NCBI GenBank assembly: GCA_043803945.1 | Contig: JAZDJN010000054.1 | Coordinates: forward strand, 108,945 to 172,944 | Direction: 5' to 3' | DNA length: 64,000 nucleotides | Source: a bacterium | Lineage (GTDB): Bacteria; Bacteroidota; Ignavibacteria; UBA10030 | Shown: piece by piece, positions 1 through 10,623 of the stretch | How the letters are laid out: each line of letters opens with the position of its first letter | Position numbering within the stretch: position 1 is the stretch's first letter | Notes under the pieces: generated by a model | Told to the model about the DNA's origin: nothing | The model's input: the letters and a program-made list of their open reading frames with translations, nothing else | Databases searched by the model: none | Translations under genes and position numbers: made by a program

Positions 1-761
1 TCATTGATGAGCGGCGAGAAGACATCGGTATCATAATTTGAACTGTGCTCTTGCAGTACGGAACAGATACGCTCGAATCCCATCCCGGTGTCGACATGCT
101 TCGCAGGGAGAGGAGTTAGTGTTCCATTTGCATCCCGATTGTACTGGATAAAGACAAGATTCCAGATTTCCATGACCTCAGCGACGCCGGCATTCACCAT
201 AGACGCCGTTGCAGTACCACTTGGTGTTCTGTCGATGTGTATTTCCGAACATGGGCCGCACGGACCGGTCTCGCCCATTTCCCAGAAATTATCCTTCTCA
301 GCAAAGCGCAGAATATGGCTGTGGTTGATATCGGTGACAGTTTTCCAATATTCTTCAGCTTCCTCATCGTTGTTATAGACAGTTGCCCAGAGCCGGTTTT
401 TGGGCAGCTTCCACACATTCGTCAAGAGGTCCCATGCCCACTCAATAGCTTCTTTCTTGTAGTAATCGCCAAAGGACCAGTTACCGAGCATCTCAAAAAA
501 TGTATGATGATAGGTATCCCGTCCAACCTCTTCAAGATCGTTGTGTTTACCGCTGACGCGAATACACTTTTGTGTGTTTGCTGCACGCGTGTAATTGCGT
601 TTGCCGGCTCCGAGGAAAACGTCCTTGAATTGATTCATCCCTGCGTTCGTGAAAAGGAGCGTCGGATCGTCATAAGGAACCACGGGAGAGCTTGGAACAA
701 TCGCATGGCTATGGTTTTCAAAAAATTTTAGAAAGCTATTCCGAATTTCTGCTGAAGTCAT
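1..761 (-). CDS. alaS: Alanine--tRNA ligase, 5' part (runs off the window edge; absent from the ORF track)
   Basis: Minus strand from ATG at 761 reads [51 protein letters not shown], and later [11 protein letters not shown]; these are hallmark AlaRS motifs. Confidence 0.97.
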   Translation of the reverse strand, partial: MTSAEIRNSFLKFFENHSHAIVPSSPVVPYDDPTLLFTNAGMNQFKDVFLGAGKRNYTRAANTQKCIRVSGKHNDLEEVGRDTYHHTFFEMLGNWSFGDYYKKEAIEWAWDLLTNVWKLPKNRLWATVYNNDEEAEEYWKTVTDINHSHILRFAEKDNFWEMGETGPCGPCSEIHIDRTPSGTATASMVNAGVAEVMEIWNLVFIQYNRDANGTLTPLPAKHVDTGMGFERICSVLQEHSSNYDTDVFSPLIN

Positions 762-845
762 AGAAACAGTGTGGTTTCAGAGTGGTTTGTATTAGTATCT
801 CAAGTTACGCAAAACAAAAAATGAGACTCTTTGAAAGAAAACCTG

Positions 846-990
846 GCCGCCAAGTGCGCCAAGAGCTTTATTGTTTCAATGTTTTTATAAGGATCTGAAT
901 CTATCACATTTTAATCTTGGCGTTTTGCCTGCCTGCTGCAGGCAGGGCGTTCTTGCCCGCCTGTGCGCCGCTTGCGGCGGGCAGGGCGGC
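846..990. repeat. Inverted-repeat element (GCCGCCAAG-type arms) carrying two CCTG-hairpin inserts (928-946, 956-985)
   Basis: Removing both inserts restores the right arm (15/18 match to the reverse complement of the left arm). Confidence 0.8.
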
Positions 991-1038
991 AAATCTTTCT
1001 CGTTTCCTGGTCTTACTCAGTTCCATGCGTAACATAAG

Positions 1039-1317
1039 TTAGTATTCAATTTGTGTATGAAGAGCAATCTCTTCAAGAACCGATGAAACTTTCAGGCATT
1101 CATCCATTGGCCCGTCAAAGATGACTGCTTTTCCATTCCTGTGTACTTCCCATGTTAAGGCTTCTGCGGTCGGTGAATCGCAGCGGATGGCTTTCATGAT
1201 CTGATGAATCACCTCTTCAAAGGTGTGTATTTCGTCATTATAGAGCAGGACCTTAGCCGGTTCCTGAGTGAGAACATTACTCTCTTTTTCCTGCTCAAAT
1301 TGTGTTTGTTGATCCAT
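1039..1317 (-). CDS. clpS: ATP-dependent Clp protease adaptor ClpS
   Basis: KVLLYNDEIHTFEEV and EVHRNGKAV motifs, 92 aa. Confidence 0.9.
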   Translation of the reverse strand: MDQQTQFEQEKESNVLTQEPAKVLLYNDEIHTFEEVIHQIMKAIRCDSPTAEALTWEVHRNGKAVIFDGPMDECLKVSSVLEEIALHTQIEY

Positions 1318-1348
1318 AAGTCGAGGTAATCCGAATTATAGTTACTAA

Positions 1349-1507
1349 GCCACGAAGGCACAAAGACACGAAGAGAAAACAAAATGGAGTTTACAAATAT
1401 CTCGATGTGTCGATCGGGAAATAATGGAAAAACAATCTCCAAAATAATTCGTGCCTTTCCTGCCCGCATAAAGTGGTCCCAGATGGCAGGCGGGGAGACT
1501 CGGTGGC
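1349..1507. repeat. Inverted-repeat element (GCCACGAAG/CACAAAG arms) with a 36-bp CCTG-hairpin insert at 1459-1494
   Basis: Removing the insert restores a 19/25 inverted match to the left arm at 1349-1373. Confidence 0.8.
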
Positions 1508-1664
1508 AAAATCATTTTGCTAAAACTTTTTCCTTTTCCATATTAAAAATACTAAAAAAACGACTGCCTTTCAACAAACGAGTTAAGAGAACTGGCCCAG
1601 AAGGGGAGAGAGTGCATCGTAAAGGAAGGGCCGCAATGAATACAGGAGTTTCGAATATAAAAGA

Positions 1665-1692
1665 AAAGGCATCTCTTCGTCGAGATGCCTTT
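1665..1692 (-). terminator. Rho-independent terminator after icd
   Basis: AAAGGCATCTC-ttcgtc-GAGATGCCTTT stem with a U-tract on the minus strand. Confidence 0.8.
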
Positions 1693-1713
1693 AAAATTGT
1701 GAATAGAATACGA

Positions 1714-2961
1714 TCACATTTGCGCGATGATAGCGTCGCCGAACTCAGAACACTTTACCTCTTTTGCACCCTCCATTAATCGTGCGAGGTCGTAGGTGAC
1801 AGTCTTTGCCTGGATTGCTTTTTCCAATCCCTTGAGGATAAGGTCAGCCGATTCTGTCCAACCCATATAGCGCAGCATCATCTCTCCCGAGAGAATAACG
1901 GAACCGGGATTCACTTTATCCAGGTTCGCATATTTAGGAGCAGTTCCGTGAGTGGCTTCAAAGACAGCATAGCCGTTTTCGTAGTTGATATTGCCGCCGG
2001 GGGCAATGCCAATTCCCCCAACCTGTGCGGCAAGGGCATCGGAGATATAGTCGCCGTTCAAATTGAGTGTGGCGATCACATCATATTCGGCAGGGCGGGT
2101 CAGGATCTGCTGCAGGAACGCATCTGCAATTACATCTTTTATGACCATTCCATTCGGTAATCTTACCCAGGGGCCGTCATCGATGAGCGTTCCGCCGAAT
2201 TCTTTCTGAGCAAGTTCATATCCCCAATCCCGAAATCCTCCTTCTGTGAACTTCATGATATTTCCCTTGTGCACGAGCGTCACAGACTTCCGATTGTTGT
2301 CGAGTGCGTACTGGATTGCAGCGCGGACAAGTCGTTTTGTTCCTTCGATCGAAACCGGTTTAATCCCGATGCTGGATGATTCCGGAAATCGTATCTTCTT
2401 TACATTCATCTCGCTTTGAAGCCATGCAATCACTTTTTGTGCTTCCGGTGTTCCTGCTTTCCATTCTATGCCGGCATAAATGTCTTCTGTGTTTTCACGG
2501 AAGATAACCATATTAACCAGCTCTGGTTTCTTCACGGGAGAGGGGACCCCGGGGAAATATTGAACGGGTCGCAAACAGACGTAAAGATCAAGCATTTGCC
2601 GGAGTGTGACGTTAATGGAGCGGATTCCCCCGCCAACTGGCGTCGTCAACGGTCCTTTAATCGCGACGACATGATCTTTGATTGCATGTAGAGTATCATC
2701 ATGCAGCCAGGTATTGGGTCCATAAACCACATTTGCTTTTTCTCCTGCATACACTTCGAACCAGACGATCTTTCTTTTTCCATCATAGGTCTTGGCCACA
2801 GCAGCATCCATAACACGCTGAGATGCCCGCCAAATGTCGGGACCAGTCCCATCACCTTCAATAAATGGTATGATCGGGTTGTCCGGTACCAGAAGCTTTC
2901 CGTTTTGAGAGGTGATTCTCGTTCCTTCAGATGGAGGAGTTATTTTGATATATGTGCTCAT
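1714..2961 (-). CDS. icd: Isocitrate dehydrogenase (NADP), E. coli-type
   Basis: [53 protein letters not shown]. Confidence 0.97.
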   Translation of the reverse strand: MSTYIKITPPSEGTRITSQNGKLLVPDNPIIPFIEGDGTGPDIWRASQRVMDAAVAKTYDGKRKIVWFEVYAGEKANVVYGPNTWLHDDTLHAIKDHVVAIKGPLTTPVGGGIRSINVTLRQMLDLYVCLRPVQYFPGVPSPVKKPELVNMVIFRENTEDIYAGIEWKAGTPEAQKVIAWLQSEMNVKKIRFPESSSIGIKPVSIEGTKRLVRAAIQYALDNNRKSVTLVHKGNIMKFTEGGFRDWGYELAQKEFGGTLIDDGPWVRLPNGMVIKDVIADAFLQQILTRPAEYDVIATLNLNGDYISDALAAQVGGIGIAPGGNINYENGYAVFEATHGTAPKYANLDKVNPGSVILSGEMMLRYMGWTESADLILKGLEKAIQAKTVTYDLARLMEGAKEVKCSEFGDAIIAQM

Positions 2962-3410
2962 GGAGTTTCTTCCTCAATAAATGTTATGGAACCTCGCTTA
3001 AGTTGCTCACGAATCAGATTGCCGTAATAGGTAAGTTCTTCATCTGAATATTGCTTCAGCGTTGTCGTCAGAGTGATATTATCTCCCGGGTAACGAGGAG
3101 TAATATGGATATGAAAATGAAATACAGATTGTCCTGCGATATGTCCATTATTTGAAAAGAAATTGAATCCTTCCAGCTTCAGGCCTATCATCAGAGCTTT
3201 GCTGATCTGTTGCGTTGCCTGCAGCACACTGTTCACCGTCTCGATTGGGAGATCCAGAAATGTTGAATAATGCACTTTAGGAATGACGAGAGTATGCCCG
3301 AGGTGGATTGGATTGATATCGAGGATGGCAATCACCAGCGCATCTTCATAAATCAGTTCGGCTGAGTTTTTACCTGCGATGATTTGACAAAAAACGCAAT
3401 CACTCCACAT
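2958..3410 (-). CDS. HIT family hydrolase
   Basis: CVFC N-terminus and histidine triad HFHIH; overlaps the icd start. Confidence 0.93.
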   Translation of the reverse strand: MWSDCVFCQIIAGKNSAELIYEDALVIAILDINPIHLGHTLVIPKVHYSTFLDLPIETVNSVLQATQQISKALMIGLKLEGFNFFSNNGHIAGQSVFHFHIHITPRYPGDNITLTTTLKQYSDEELTYYGNLIREQLKRGSITFIEEETP

Positions 3411-3521
3411 ATTTTCAATAGTTCTCTCTTCTGAGAAATCCCTTCATTAACTGGCTGAATCTTACCGAAAAATGGTTCGAAAGTCAAAAGTACGAGGATG
3501 GTTTTTCAAAGGAATTTTATC

Positions 3522-3710
3522 TAATTGGTTCTCGCTGAAAAAAGATAGCCACCAAGGCACGAAGTCACTAGGAAAATCATATAATTCAAAAAAAACTTAT
3601 CTTTCTTTGTGCCTTAGAGACTTTTCAACCAGAGGCTGATGCGCCCGCCTGAACGACGTAGTCGGGCAGGCCTATGGTGCAGTGGCAATTATTTCATCGA
3701 GAACTAATTA
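3522..3710. mobile_element. MITE-like shell with three further nested palindromic elements
   Basis: TIR TAATTGGTTCTCGCTGAAA / TTTCATCGAGAACTAATTA (17/19); inner IR 3548-3686; insert 3624-3680; innermost insert 3644-3670. Confidence 0.7.
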
Positions 3711-3733
3711 AGGAAAAAGGAAGAATGAGGCTC

Positions 3734-3762
3734 TTGAATCTCTCGGAGTGATTTGGTATATT
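3734..3762 (+). promoter_or_regulatory. Sigma70-type promoter
   Basis: TTGAAT-N17-TATATT upstream of the TPR lipoprotein gene. Confidence 0.55.
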
Positions 3763-3817
3763 TTTCCGCATTCTGGAGGTAGTCAGACATATACAATTAC
3801 GTTAAAAAGGATTTGAT

Positions 3818-5389
3818 ATGAAGAACTATTCATTCGGTTTTATCATCATAAGTATCCTTGCCGTTGTACTATTCCAAGGATTTCAATGTGGTTCACCGGA
3901 ATTCACCGGTGCAAAAGTCTATATGCAGCAAAAGAATTTTATTGAAGCAAAACGGTTACTCGAGATTGAGGTGAAGAAGAACCCTCAGAATACCGAGGCT
4001 TGGTACTTTCTCGGTGGTATTTACGCTGAAGAGGGCAACTATGATGGAATGAATGAAGCATTCAATGAAGTCCTCAAAGCAGGTTCAGTTCATGCGGCAG
4101 ATATCCGGACTATCCGATATGCAAAATGGGGCCAGCATCTTAATGCGGGTGTGGCATTTCTGGAGCGTGCCACGGCTGATTCGGCAGCCTATTTTGAGAA
4201 GTCCATCAAAGAGTTTATTAATGCCAGCCGCGCATGGCCGGATACCGGTTTAACCTACAAGTACATTGCGTATGGTTATAATAACAAGGGCGATTTTGAT
4301 AATGCCATTGTCAATTTCCGAAAAGCCTGGGAAATGGGGAAGGACGTAGAATCGATTAAAAGGATCGGACGCATTTACGCAACCCGCGGCCAGCAGCACA
4401 GGGAGAAATTCGATATTGAAAATGAACCAAAACTGAAATCTATCCGGGATTACGCGGAAGCGAAGAGATCCACCAGCAAGAGTGAAATTGTAAAATGGCT
4501 GGGCAATCCCCGAATCGAAAAGGAAAAACCGGTAAAGGGGAAGAAGCCGCCTACGAAAGAAGAATGGTTTTTTGATACCTACAAATATAAAATCGTCGTT
4601 GATGGAGATAAAATACTCGAGAAGCAGGAGCTCGGTACATTTGCCCCAACGATTGATTCAATAGAAATAAAACTTGCCGTAGTGGAATTTGAGAAAGCAG
4701 TGTCCGCTCTTGACTTGGCTCTGAAGGCAGATCCTAAAGACAATGAAAGTATAACGCTTTTAATGTCGTCCTATGTTGGAACAGGGAGAATCAAAGATGC
4801 GGTTAAAACATTTGAACTCGCCGTTGCCAATGACCAAAAGAATAAGATGAACCATTACCTTCTTGGAGTTCTCTATCGGGAGGATGGACAGATTGAAAAG
4901 GCGATTGAACAGTTAAAGGAGATGTTAAAGATTGATGAGAATGATGTTGAGGGATTGTACGAACTTGGTGCCACCTACTACAACTGGGGATATGACATCT
5001 ATAAAACCGAACAGGCAAAGGGCGGTGAACTAAGCGGTGTTCATAAGGAAAAATTCAAGCTGGCATTGCCGTACCTGAAAAAAGTGAGTGAACATGAAAG
5101 CCGAAAAAATGATCCGACAATTTTCGAAACCCTCGGCCAAATTTATGCGCAACTGAGTGAACAGGAAAAGGCAATGAAGATGTTTGAGTACGCTGATTGG
5201 CTCAAGAAAAATCCATTGAAAATAGGTCTCTCAGAGGCTGATATTAAGAACCTCTGGGGAGAGCCAGATCAAAAGAATGAGACGGTTTACGAGAATTTAA
5301 AATCTGTTCAGTGGACATATGGGAAGCAAGGGGCACTTCTTTATTTTACCGATGGTAAATTAAAAAGTTGGACTCGAGTCACAAAGTAA
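3818..5389 (+). CDS. TPR-repeat lipoprotein with SmpA/BamE-like segments
   Basis: Signal peptide ending in GFQC; many TPR-like helices; KSEIVKWLGNP and GLSEADIKNLWGEPD...QWTY segments. Confidence 0.75.
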   Translation: MKNYSFGFIIISILAVVLFQGFQCGSPEFTGAKVYMQQKNFIEAKRLLEIEVKKNPQNTEAWYFLGGIYAEEGNYDGMNEAFNEVLKAGSVHAADIRTIRYAKWGQHLNAGVAFLERATADSAAYFEKSIKEFINASRAWPDTGLTYKYIAYGYNNKGDFDNAIVNFRKAWEMGKDVESIKRIGRIYATRGQQHREKFDIENEPKLKSIRDYAEAKRSTSKSEIVKWLGNPRIEKEKPVKGKKPPTKEEWFFDTYKYKIVVDGDKILEKQELGTFAPTIDSIEIKLAVVEFEKAVSALDLALKADPKDNESITLLMSSYVGTGRIKDAVKTFELAVANDQKNKMNHYLLGVLYREDGQIEKAIEQLKEMLKIDENDVEGLYELGATYYNWGYDIYKTEQAKGGELSGVHKEKFKLALPYLKKVSEHESRKNDPTIFETLGQIYAQLSEQEKAMKMFEYADWLKKNPLKIGLSEADIKNLWGEPDQKNETVYENLKSVQWTYGKQGALLYFTDGKLKSWTRVTK

Positions 5390-5422
5390 GTTTATAATTA
5401 TTATTCCAAGTGCTAGTCGAAT

Positions 5423-5455
5423 AAACGCCCATCAAATAACTATCGATGGGCGTTT
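5423..5455 (+). terminator. Stem-loop, probable terminator
   Basis: AAACGCCCATC...GATGGGCGTTT, 11-bp inverted repeat. Confidence 0.55.
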
Positions 5456-5480
5456 GCATCAGAACAGAGGAGATCAGAAG

Positions 5481-5807
5481 ATGAGTGAACCAGTGCAGCA
5501 ACAACAGATCAATATTGAGTTGGGAGAAAAAGAGGCGGAAGGAATTTATTCCAATCTTGCCATCATTACCCATTCTCCTGCAGAGTTTGTCATAGATTTT
5601 ACACGTGTCTTACCAGGAGTGCCAAAGGCTAAAGTCCATGCCCGCATTGTCATGACTCCGCAGCATACAAAGATGTTCCTCAATGCGATAGCTGATAATA
5701 TCGAGAAGTATGAATCGAAGTTTGGTGAAATAAAGATTCTCGGCGAAGCACCGGGTGGAGGTATTTTTGGATTCCAGCCTCCGGGGAAAGAGGAAAAATT
5801 TCATTAA
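5481..5807 (+). CDS. DUF3467 domain protein
   Basis: [21 protein letters not shown]...[10 protein letters not shown]; SD GAGGAG before ATG 5481. Confidence 0.88.
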   Translation: MSEPVQQQQINIELGEKEAEGIYSNLAIITHSPAEFVIDFTRVLPGVPKAKVHARIVMTPQHTKMFLNAIADNIEKYESKFGEIKILGEAPGGGIFGFQPPGKEEKFH

Positions 5808-7189
5808 AGAATATACCTGCTTAAATCCCGATCACGGACAATCGAACTCAATCTCTCCTGAACAAGATCCTTTGTTATACAGATTTGGCTCGACTTGATG
5901 GAATCGGGAGCATCAAACAGCAACTCCTCGAGTAGTGTTGTAATGATCGTGTGTAATCTTCTCGCACCAATATTTTCTACTTGTTCATTCACCTGATACG
6001 CAGTCCTGGCAATTTCGCGAACGGCTTCCGGCTCAAACTCCAGACTGATCCCTTCAGTCTCAAGCAGCGCAGCATATTGCTTCAGCAGGGCATTGTGAGG
6101 GAGTGTAAGTATTTTTACAAAATCTTCTTCGGTGAGGCTTTGAAGCTCAACACGAATGGGAAATCGCCCTTGCAGCTCAGGTATGAGATCGGAAGGCTTC
6201 GCGACATGAAATGCTCCTGAAGCGATGAACAGAATGTGGTCGGTCTTGACCATCCCATATTTTGTGGTAACACTTGATCCTTCTACGATGGGAAGGAGGT
6301 CGCGCTGAACTCCCTCGCGAGAGACATCGGGCCCTATGGATTGTCCCCGTGAACCTGTAATTTTGTCAATTTCGTCAATGAAGACGATACCGGAGTTCTC
6401 CACACGTGAGAGAGCCTCCTTCACCGCCTTTTCCATATCGATAAGCTTTTGGGCCTCCTCTTGTGCAAAGATCAGCCGGGCTTCAGCGACAGAAATTTTT
6501 CGATGCTTATTCTTTTTAGGTAGGATATTCCCAAACATCTCCTGGATGTTGATTCCCATATCGTCCAGTGTCATCGGTCCCATTACCTGCATCAACGGAA
6601 GCTGCGAGGTAGCAATCTCAACCTCAATAACGCGTCCATCGAGTGATCCTGAACGGAGCTTTTCTTTGAACCGTTGACGGGTTCGATCTTGCTCTTCCTC
6701 TGGTGTCAATCCTTCTCCTGCCGGTTCGGCCGTACGGTTTTTTCGTTGAGAGGGAACCAGAATATCAAGAATGCGTTCTTCAGCGAGCACTTCAGCCTTC
6801 TGCTGCACCTCTGCTGTTTTTTCAGCTTTCACCATACTGACCGCGATTTCGGTAAGGTCTCTGATCATCGATTCCACATCACGGCCAACGTATCCTACTT
6901 CCGTAAATTTCGAAGCTTCTACTTTTAGAAACGGTGCGTGGGCAAGCCGTGCCAGCCGGCGAGCGATCTCTGTTTTGCCAACACCGGTCGGTCCGATCAG
7001 AATGATGTTGTTCGGCATGATCTCTTCACGAAGCTGCTCGGAGACCTGCAGCCGCCGCCATCGATTCCGGAGAGCGATTGCCACGGATTTCTTGGCATTG
7101 TTCTGGCCTATGATATATTTGTCCAGTTCCGAGACGATCTCGCGGGGAGTTAATTCATTGTGCTGAGGTTGTTTGGATTTTGTTGTCAA
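5804..7189 (-). CDS. hslU: ATP-dependent protease ATPase subunit HslU
   Basis: [43 protein letters not shown]; likely TTG start at 7189. Confidence 0.96.
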   Translation of the reverse strand: MTTKSKQPQHNELTPREIVSELDKYIIGQNNAKKSVAIALRNRWRRLQVSEQLREEIMPNNIILIGPTGVGKTEIARRLARLAHAPFLKVEASKFTEVGYVGRDVESMIRDLTEIAVSMVKAEKTAEVQQKAEVLAEERILDILVPSQRKNRTAEPAGEGLTPEEEQDRTRQRFKEKLRSGSLDGRVIEVEIATSQLPLMQVMGPMTLDDMGINIQEMFGNILPKKNKHRKISVAEARLIFAQEEAQKLIDMEKAVKEALSRVENSGIVFIDEIDKITGSRGQSIGPDVSREGVQRDLLPIVEGSSVTTKYGMVKTDHILFIASGAFHVAKPSDLIPELQGRFPIRVELQSLTEEDFVKILTLPHNALLKQYAALLETEGISLEFEPEAVREIARTAYQVNEQVENIGARRLHTIITTLLEELLFDAPDSIKSSQICITKDLVQERLSSIVRDRDLSRYIL

Positions 7190-7193
7190 GGAT

Positions 7194-7749
7194 TCACAGT
7201 TCTTCAATGGTGATTGACGTGTTTGTATAGATACAGATTTTTGCTGCAGTTTCCAATCCTTCCTGTACAATCTCGCGGGCATCCAATGGGGTATGCTTGA
7301 CCAACATGCGTGCAGCCGCCAGAGCGTAGCTTCCTCCTGAACCTACCGCGACGATACCATCGTCAGGTTCAATGACGTCGCCGGTCCCCCGAGATGATCA
7401 ATGCATGGTCTTTGTCAAGGACGGCCAGGAGAGCTTCAAGCTGGCGAAGATACTTGTCGGTGCGCCAGAGCTTGGCCAGTTCTACAGCCGCTCGAACAAT
7501 CTGTCCCTGATGTTGTTCTAATTTCTCTTCAAACCTGTCGAGCAAACTGAACGCATCCGCAGTTGCTCCTGCAAAGCCGACGAGTACGGAGTTATTATAA
7601 ATTTTCCGAATCTTGTTGGCTTTCTGCTTCATGATAGTGTTGCCCAATGTTACCTGACCATCGCCGCCGAGGGCTACGTTACCGTTATGCCGAACACCGA
7701 GAATGGTTGTTGCATGGATGGTGTGTGTTAAACAGGGTTCGTTGTTCAT
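7194..7749 (-). pseudogene. hslV: HslV protease subunit with a +1 frameshift in a G run near 7386-7390 (probably an assembly error)
   Basis: HATTILG...LIISG, then in another frame [21 protein letters not shown]...[14 protein letters not shown]; removing one G gives an intact 184-aa HslV. Confidence 0.9.
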
Positions 7750-7750
7750 A

Positions 7751-9202
7751 TCAAATTTTTTTCCTCATTCGGGCGATTGGAATTCCAAGTTGTTCGCGGT
7801 ATTTTGCTGCCGTCCGGCGAGCGATTTTAACACCCTCGGTACCGATCATGGCAGCAATTTTATCGTCGTTCAATGGTTTTTTAGGATCCTCTGTCGAGAT
7901 AATTTCTTTAATTCGCTGTTTAATGGTGAAGTTGGATACATCCTCGCCGGAATCGGATTCGAGCCCCGAGCTGAAGAAATATTTTAGCGAGTGGACACCG
8001 AATTCAGTCTGAACATATTTACTATTCACCACCCGGCTGATGGTGGAAATGTCGACTCCAACGGTCTCCGCAATATCTTTATAAATCATCGGCTTCAAAG
8101 TTTCACCCTCTTCGAACCAAAGCCGCTGCCGCTGAACAATTGAGCGCATAACTTTGAGCAATGTTTCTCTCCGCTGATGGATGGAGGCGATGAACCATTT
8201 GGCCGATTCGAATTTTTGTTTTACAAATTCTTTCGCCTCTTTTGAAGTTTTCTTGCTCTTCGGGGCTACTAAATCGCGGTACGCTTTATTAATCCGCAAC
8301 GTCGGCATGAAGCGATCGTTGAGGGTAATGATGAATGAGCCCTCATCATTTTCTACAAGGAAATCCGGAGTGACATAATTCTCCTGAGCGGAGAATTCGC
8401 CTTCACCCGGTTTTGGATTGAGGTGTTGAATGATTTCGATGACTTTCTTCAGGGTTTCGCGACCAATCCGCAGATTATGTGCAAGAGCGTCATAGCGCTT
8501 CAGTTTCAAATCATGGAAGTACACTCCCAGAATTTTCAATGACAATTCCTTGATGGAAGCCTCGAGGGTCATCGATTTGATTTGTGCGATGAGACACTCC
8601 TGGAGCGAGCGGGCGGCAATACCTGAGGGTTCGAGTAACTGAATTTTATGAAGGACATGTTCGGCCTTTTCTTCCTGAATCTCAAGACCAAAGCTGAGGT
8701 TAAGGTCCTGGACAATCAAACCCAAGTCGCGACGAAGATAGCCATCCTCATCGACATTTCCGAGAATTTCCTCTGCGAGGAGAATATCAACGTCGTCGAT
8801 ATTCTGCAGCCGAAATTGTGCGAGCAGACGTTCCGAGAGCGGTGTCGATGATTGCAATGGGCGTTCGTACTCTTCATCCTCGTTCTGATTGAGATACGAT
8901 TCGGGACTCTTATATCCTGCAAGGTCATCGTTCAGATAGTCTTCAATAGTGTACGGCTCTTCCTTCTCTGCCTTTTCTGCGGCGGCCCGTTCATCTTCTG
9001 CGGTCTGAGATTCCTTCTCTGGTTCCTCCTGGTCCAAGGTCAATTCCATTTCTTCGGCGACTTCGAGTAACGGATTTATTTCGAGTTCGGTTTTAATCCG
9101 TTGCTCAAGGGAGAGATTCGGCAACTGGAGTAATTTAAGATATTGGACCTGCTGCGGTGTGAGCCTAAGGCCCAATTTCATTTGTTGCGATAGGTTAATC
9201 AT
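7751..9202 (-). CDS. rpoN: RNA polymerase sigma-54 factor
   Basis: Q/L-rich region [11 protein letters not shown], RpoN box [10 protein letters not shown]. Confidence 0.97.
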   Translation of the reverse strand: MINLSQQMKLGLRLTPQQVQYLKLLQLPNLSLEQRIKTELEINPLLEVAEEMELTLDQEEPEKESQTAEDERAAAEKAEKEEPYTIEDYLNDDLAGYKSPESYLNQNEDEEYERPLQSSTPLSERLLAQFRLQNIDDVDILLAEEILGNVDEDGYLRRDLGLIVQDLNLSFGLEIQEEKAEHVLHKIQLLEPSGIAARSLQECLIAQIKSMTLEASIKELSLKILGVYFHDLKLKRYDALAHNLRIGRETLKKVIEIIQHLNPKPGEGEFSAQENYVTPDFLVENDEGSFIITLNDRFMPTLRINKAYRDLVAPKSKKTSKEAKEFVKQKFESAKWFIASIHQRRETLLKVMRSIVQRQRLWFEEGETLKPMIYKDIAETVGVDISTISRVVNSKYVQTEFGVHSLKYFFSSGLESDSGEDVSNFTIKQRIKEIISTEDPKKPLNDDKIAAMIGTEGVKIARRTAAKYREQLGIPIARMRKKI

Positions 9203-9213
9203 AGACGGCAGCG

Positions 9214-9816
9214 CTATTCACGATCTGTCTGTGTTAGTGATTTTTCTGTTTCACAAAATTTGAGGATTTGATTGTAGCGTTCTTCTCCGAATGCCCTGAT
9301 CAGCGATAGTTTCAGAAACTGGATGAGTTCTATCTGCCCCTCATGACCCCGCTTGAGTGCAGGCTCACATTCTGCAATTGCCTCATACCGAAGGTGTTGC
9401 TCATAGCCGCCATCAATCCGAATGGGGAAGAGGTGGCACGAAAGCGGTTTGATCCAATCTGATTCCTTCTTCAGATAAGCTTTTTCGAATGAGCATTTCG
9501 CAATCCCATCTTCATAGTAGACAAAGACACAGGCCGTATTTCGAAAGACCTGGGTTGTAAAATCGCCCGGAACACCTTGAAAGATCCCATGACTCTGAAT
9601 ATAGTCGCGATGGTCAGGGGCAATATATCGTTGTGCGATCGGGGCATATCGTTGAATGAGGGGGATCTCTTTCTCTGACAGCGGCGCACCCCTCGGCCCT
9701 GGCATTGTGCAGCATCCCCCTTTGCACACCTTTAGATCACAGGCAAATTTGATAAAAGGAATATCCCCGCCGATGTGAGATTCAAAATCGTTCACGAGCA
9801 ACAATTCCCGTACCAA
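9214..9816 (-). CDS. DUF3109 family Cys-rich (Fe-S/Zn) protein
   Basis: FACDLKVCKGGCC...GAPL, KPLSCHLFPIR; start uncertain. Confidence 0.85.
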   Translation of the reverse strand: MVRELLLVNDFESHIGGDIPFIKFACDLKVCKGGCCTMPGPRGAPLSEKEIPLIQRYAPIAQRYIAPDHRDYIQSHGIFQGVPGDFTTQVFRNTACVFVYYEDGIAKCSFEKAYLKKESDWIKPLSCHLFPIRIDGGYEQHLRYEAIAECEPALKRGHEGQIELIQFLKLSLIRAFGEERYNQILKFCETEKSLTQTDRE

Positions 9817-9941
9817 AACACTATAAGTTCAGAGAATTCAATAGTAGTATAGTTAAAAATCTCCAAAAAACAATAGGTTTCAAGTGGCACATATCCTTTG
9901 TGGCTTGGATGTTGACGCGTTTTTTTCACAAGTTGCTGCCA

Positions 9942-9968
9942 CAACCATTTTCCTGATAGAAGGTCTAA
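9942..9968 (+). promoter_or_regulatory. Putative ECF-type promoter
   Basis: CAACC-N16-GTCTAA, also found before the second ECF gene. Confidence 0.6.
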
Positions 9969-9972
9969 TGAT

Positions 9973-10623
9973 ATGTTGACAAGAGAACATGAACACGGGA
10001 GTGAGAGTATGCAGGACATCGCTCTGATTCAAAAGGCGAAGGCTGGAGACCTCATTGCGTTTGAGCAATTGATCTATCGCTATGACAAGCAGGTACTCTC
10101 CCTGACCGCCCGTTATGTTCAGAGCGCAGAGGATGCTAAGGATATTTATCAGGAGGTTTTTCTGAGGGTCTTTCGCTCACTGCCAAAATTTCAATTCCGG
10201 AGTGAATTCTCAACGTGGCTCTTTCGCATAACAACCAATGTTTGTCTGACCCATCGTTCGCGAAAGAAACGGCATCCCCACACGTCGCTGAGTGACGAGT
10301 CCGATGAAGAGCATGGTGCTCTCAGTCTCAATACTCTTAGGAGCGATGAGCACACCGATGAGTCGCTGGAGAGGACAGAAATCTCCTTGCGAGTGAGAGA
10401 AGCGGTTGATCGATTATCAGCGAAACAGCGACTGGTCTTTATGATGAAGTACTTCGAAGGATATAAAATTCGTGAAATAGCGGTAATGATGAACTGTCAG
10501 GAAGGTACAGTTAAGAAGTACTTGTTTACGGCAATTCGAAAATTACGAAATGAGCTTCATGATCTCTATGAGCACAAGAGCGGTTCCGAATTGAAGGAAG
10601 TGAAGATGGAAGGATTGGTATAA
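9973..10623 (+). CDS. ECF sigma factor (sigma-70 family); alternative start 10009
   Basis: DAKDIYQEVF, FSTWLFRI, GTVKKYLF in regions 2 and 4. Confidence 0.93.
   Translation: MLTREHEHGSESMQDIALIQKAKAGDLIAFEQLIYRYDKQVLSLTARYVQSAEDAKDIYQEVFLRVFRSLPKFQFRSEFSTWLFRITTNVCLTHRSRKKRHPHTSLSDESDEEHGALSLNTLRSDEHTDESLERTEISLRVREAVDRLSAKQRLVFMMKYFEGYKIREIAVMMNCQEGTVKKYLFTAIRKLRNELHDLYEHKSGSELKEVKMEGLV

Noticed and set aside
88-731. Plus-strand ORFs of 96 and 164 aa
   Set aside because: They are antisense shadows of alaS. The same applies to most short antisense or overlapping ORFs in the track.
1209-1779. ORFs 1209-1469 (-) and 1384-1779 (+)
   Set aside because: They cross repeat elements and a terminator and have no recognisable motifs.
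7190-7282. N-terminal extension of the HslU ORF
   Set aside because: It overlaps the true 3' half of hslV in another frame.
7369-7395. Programmed ribosomal frameshift in hslV
   Set aside because: There is no canonical slippery site or stimulator, I know of no precedent, and a second homopolymer indel in the window points to error.
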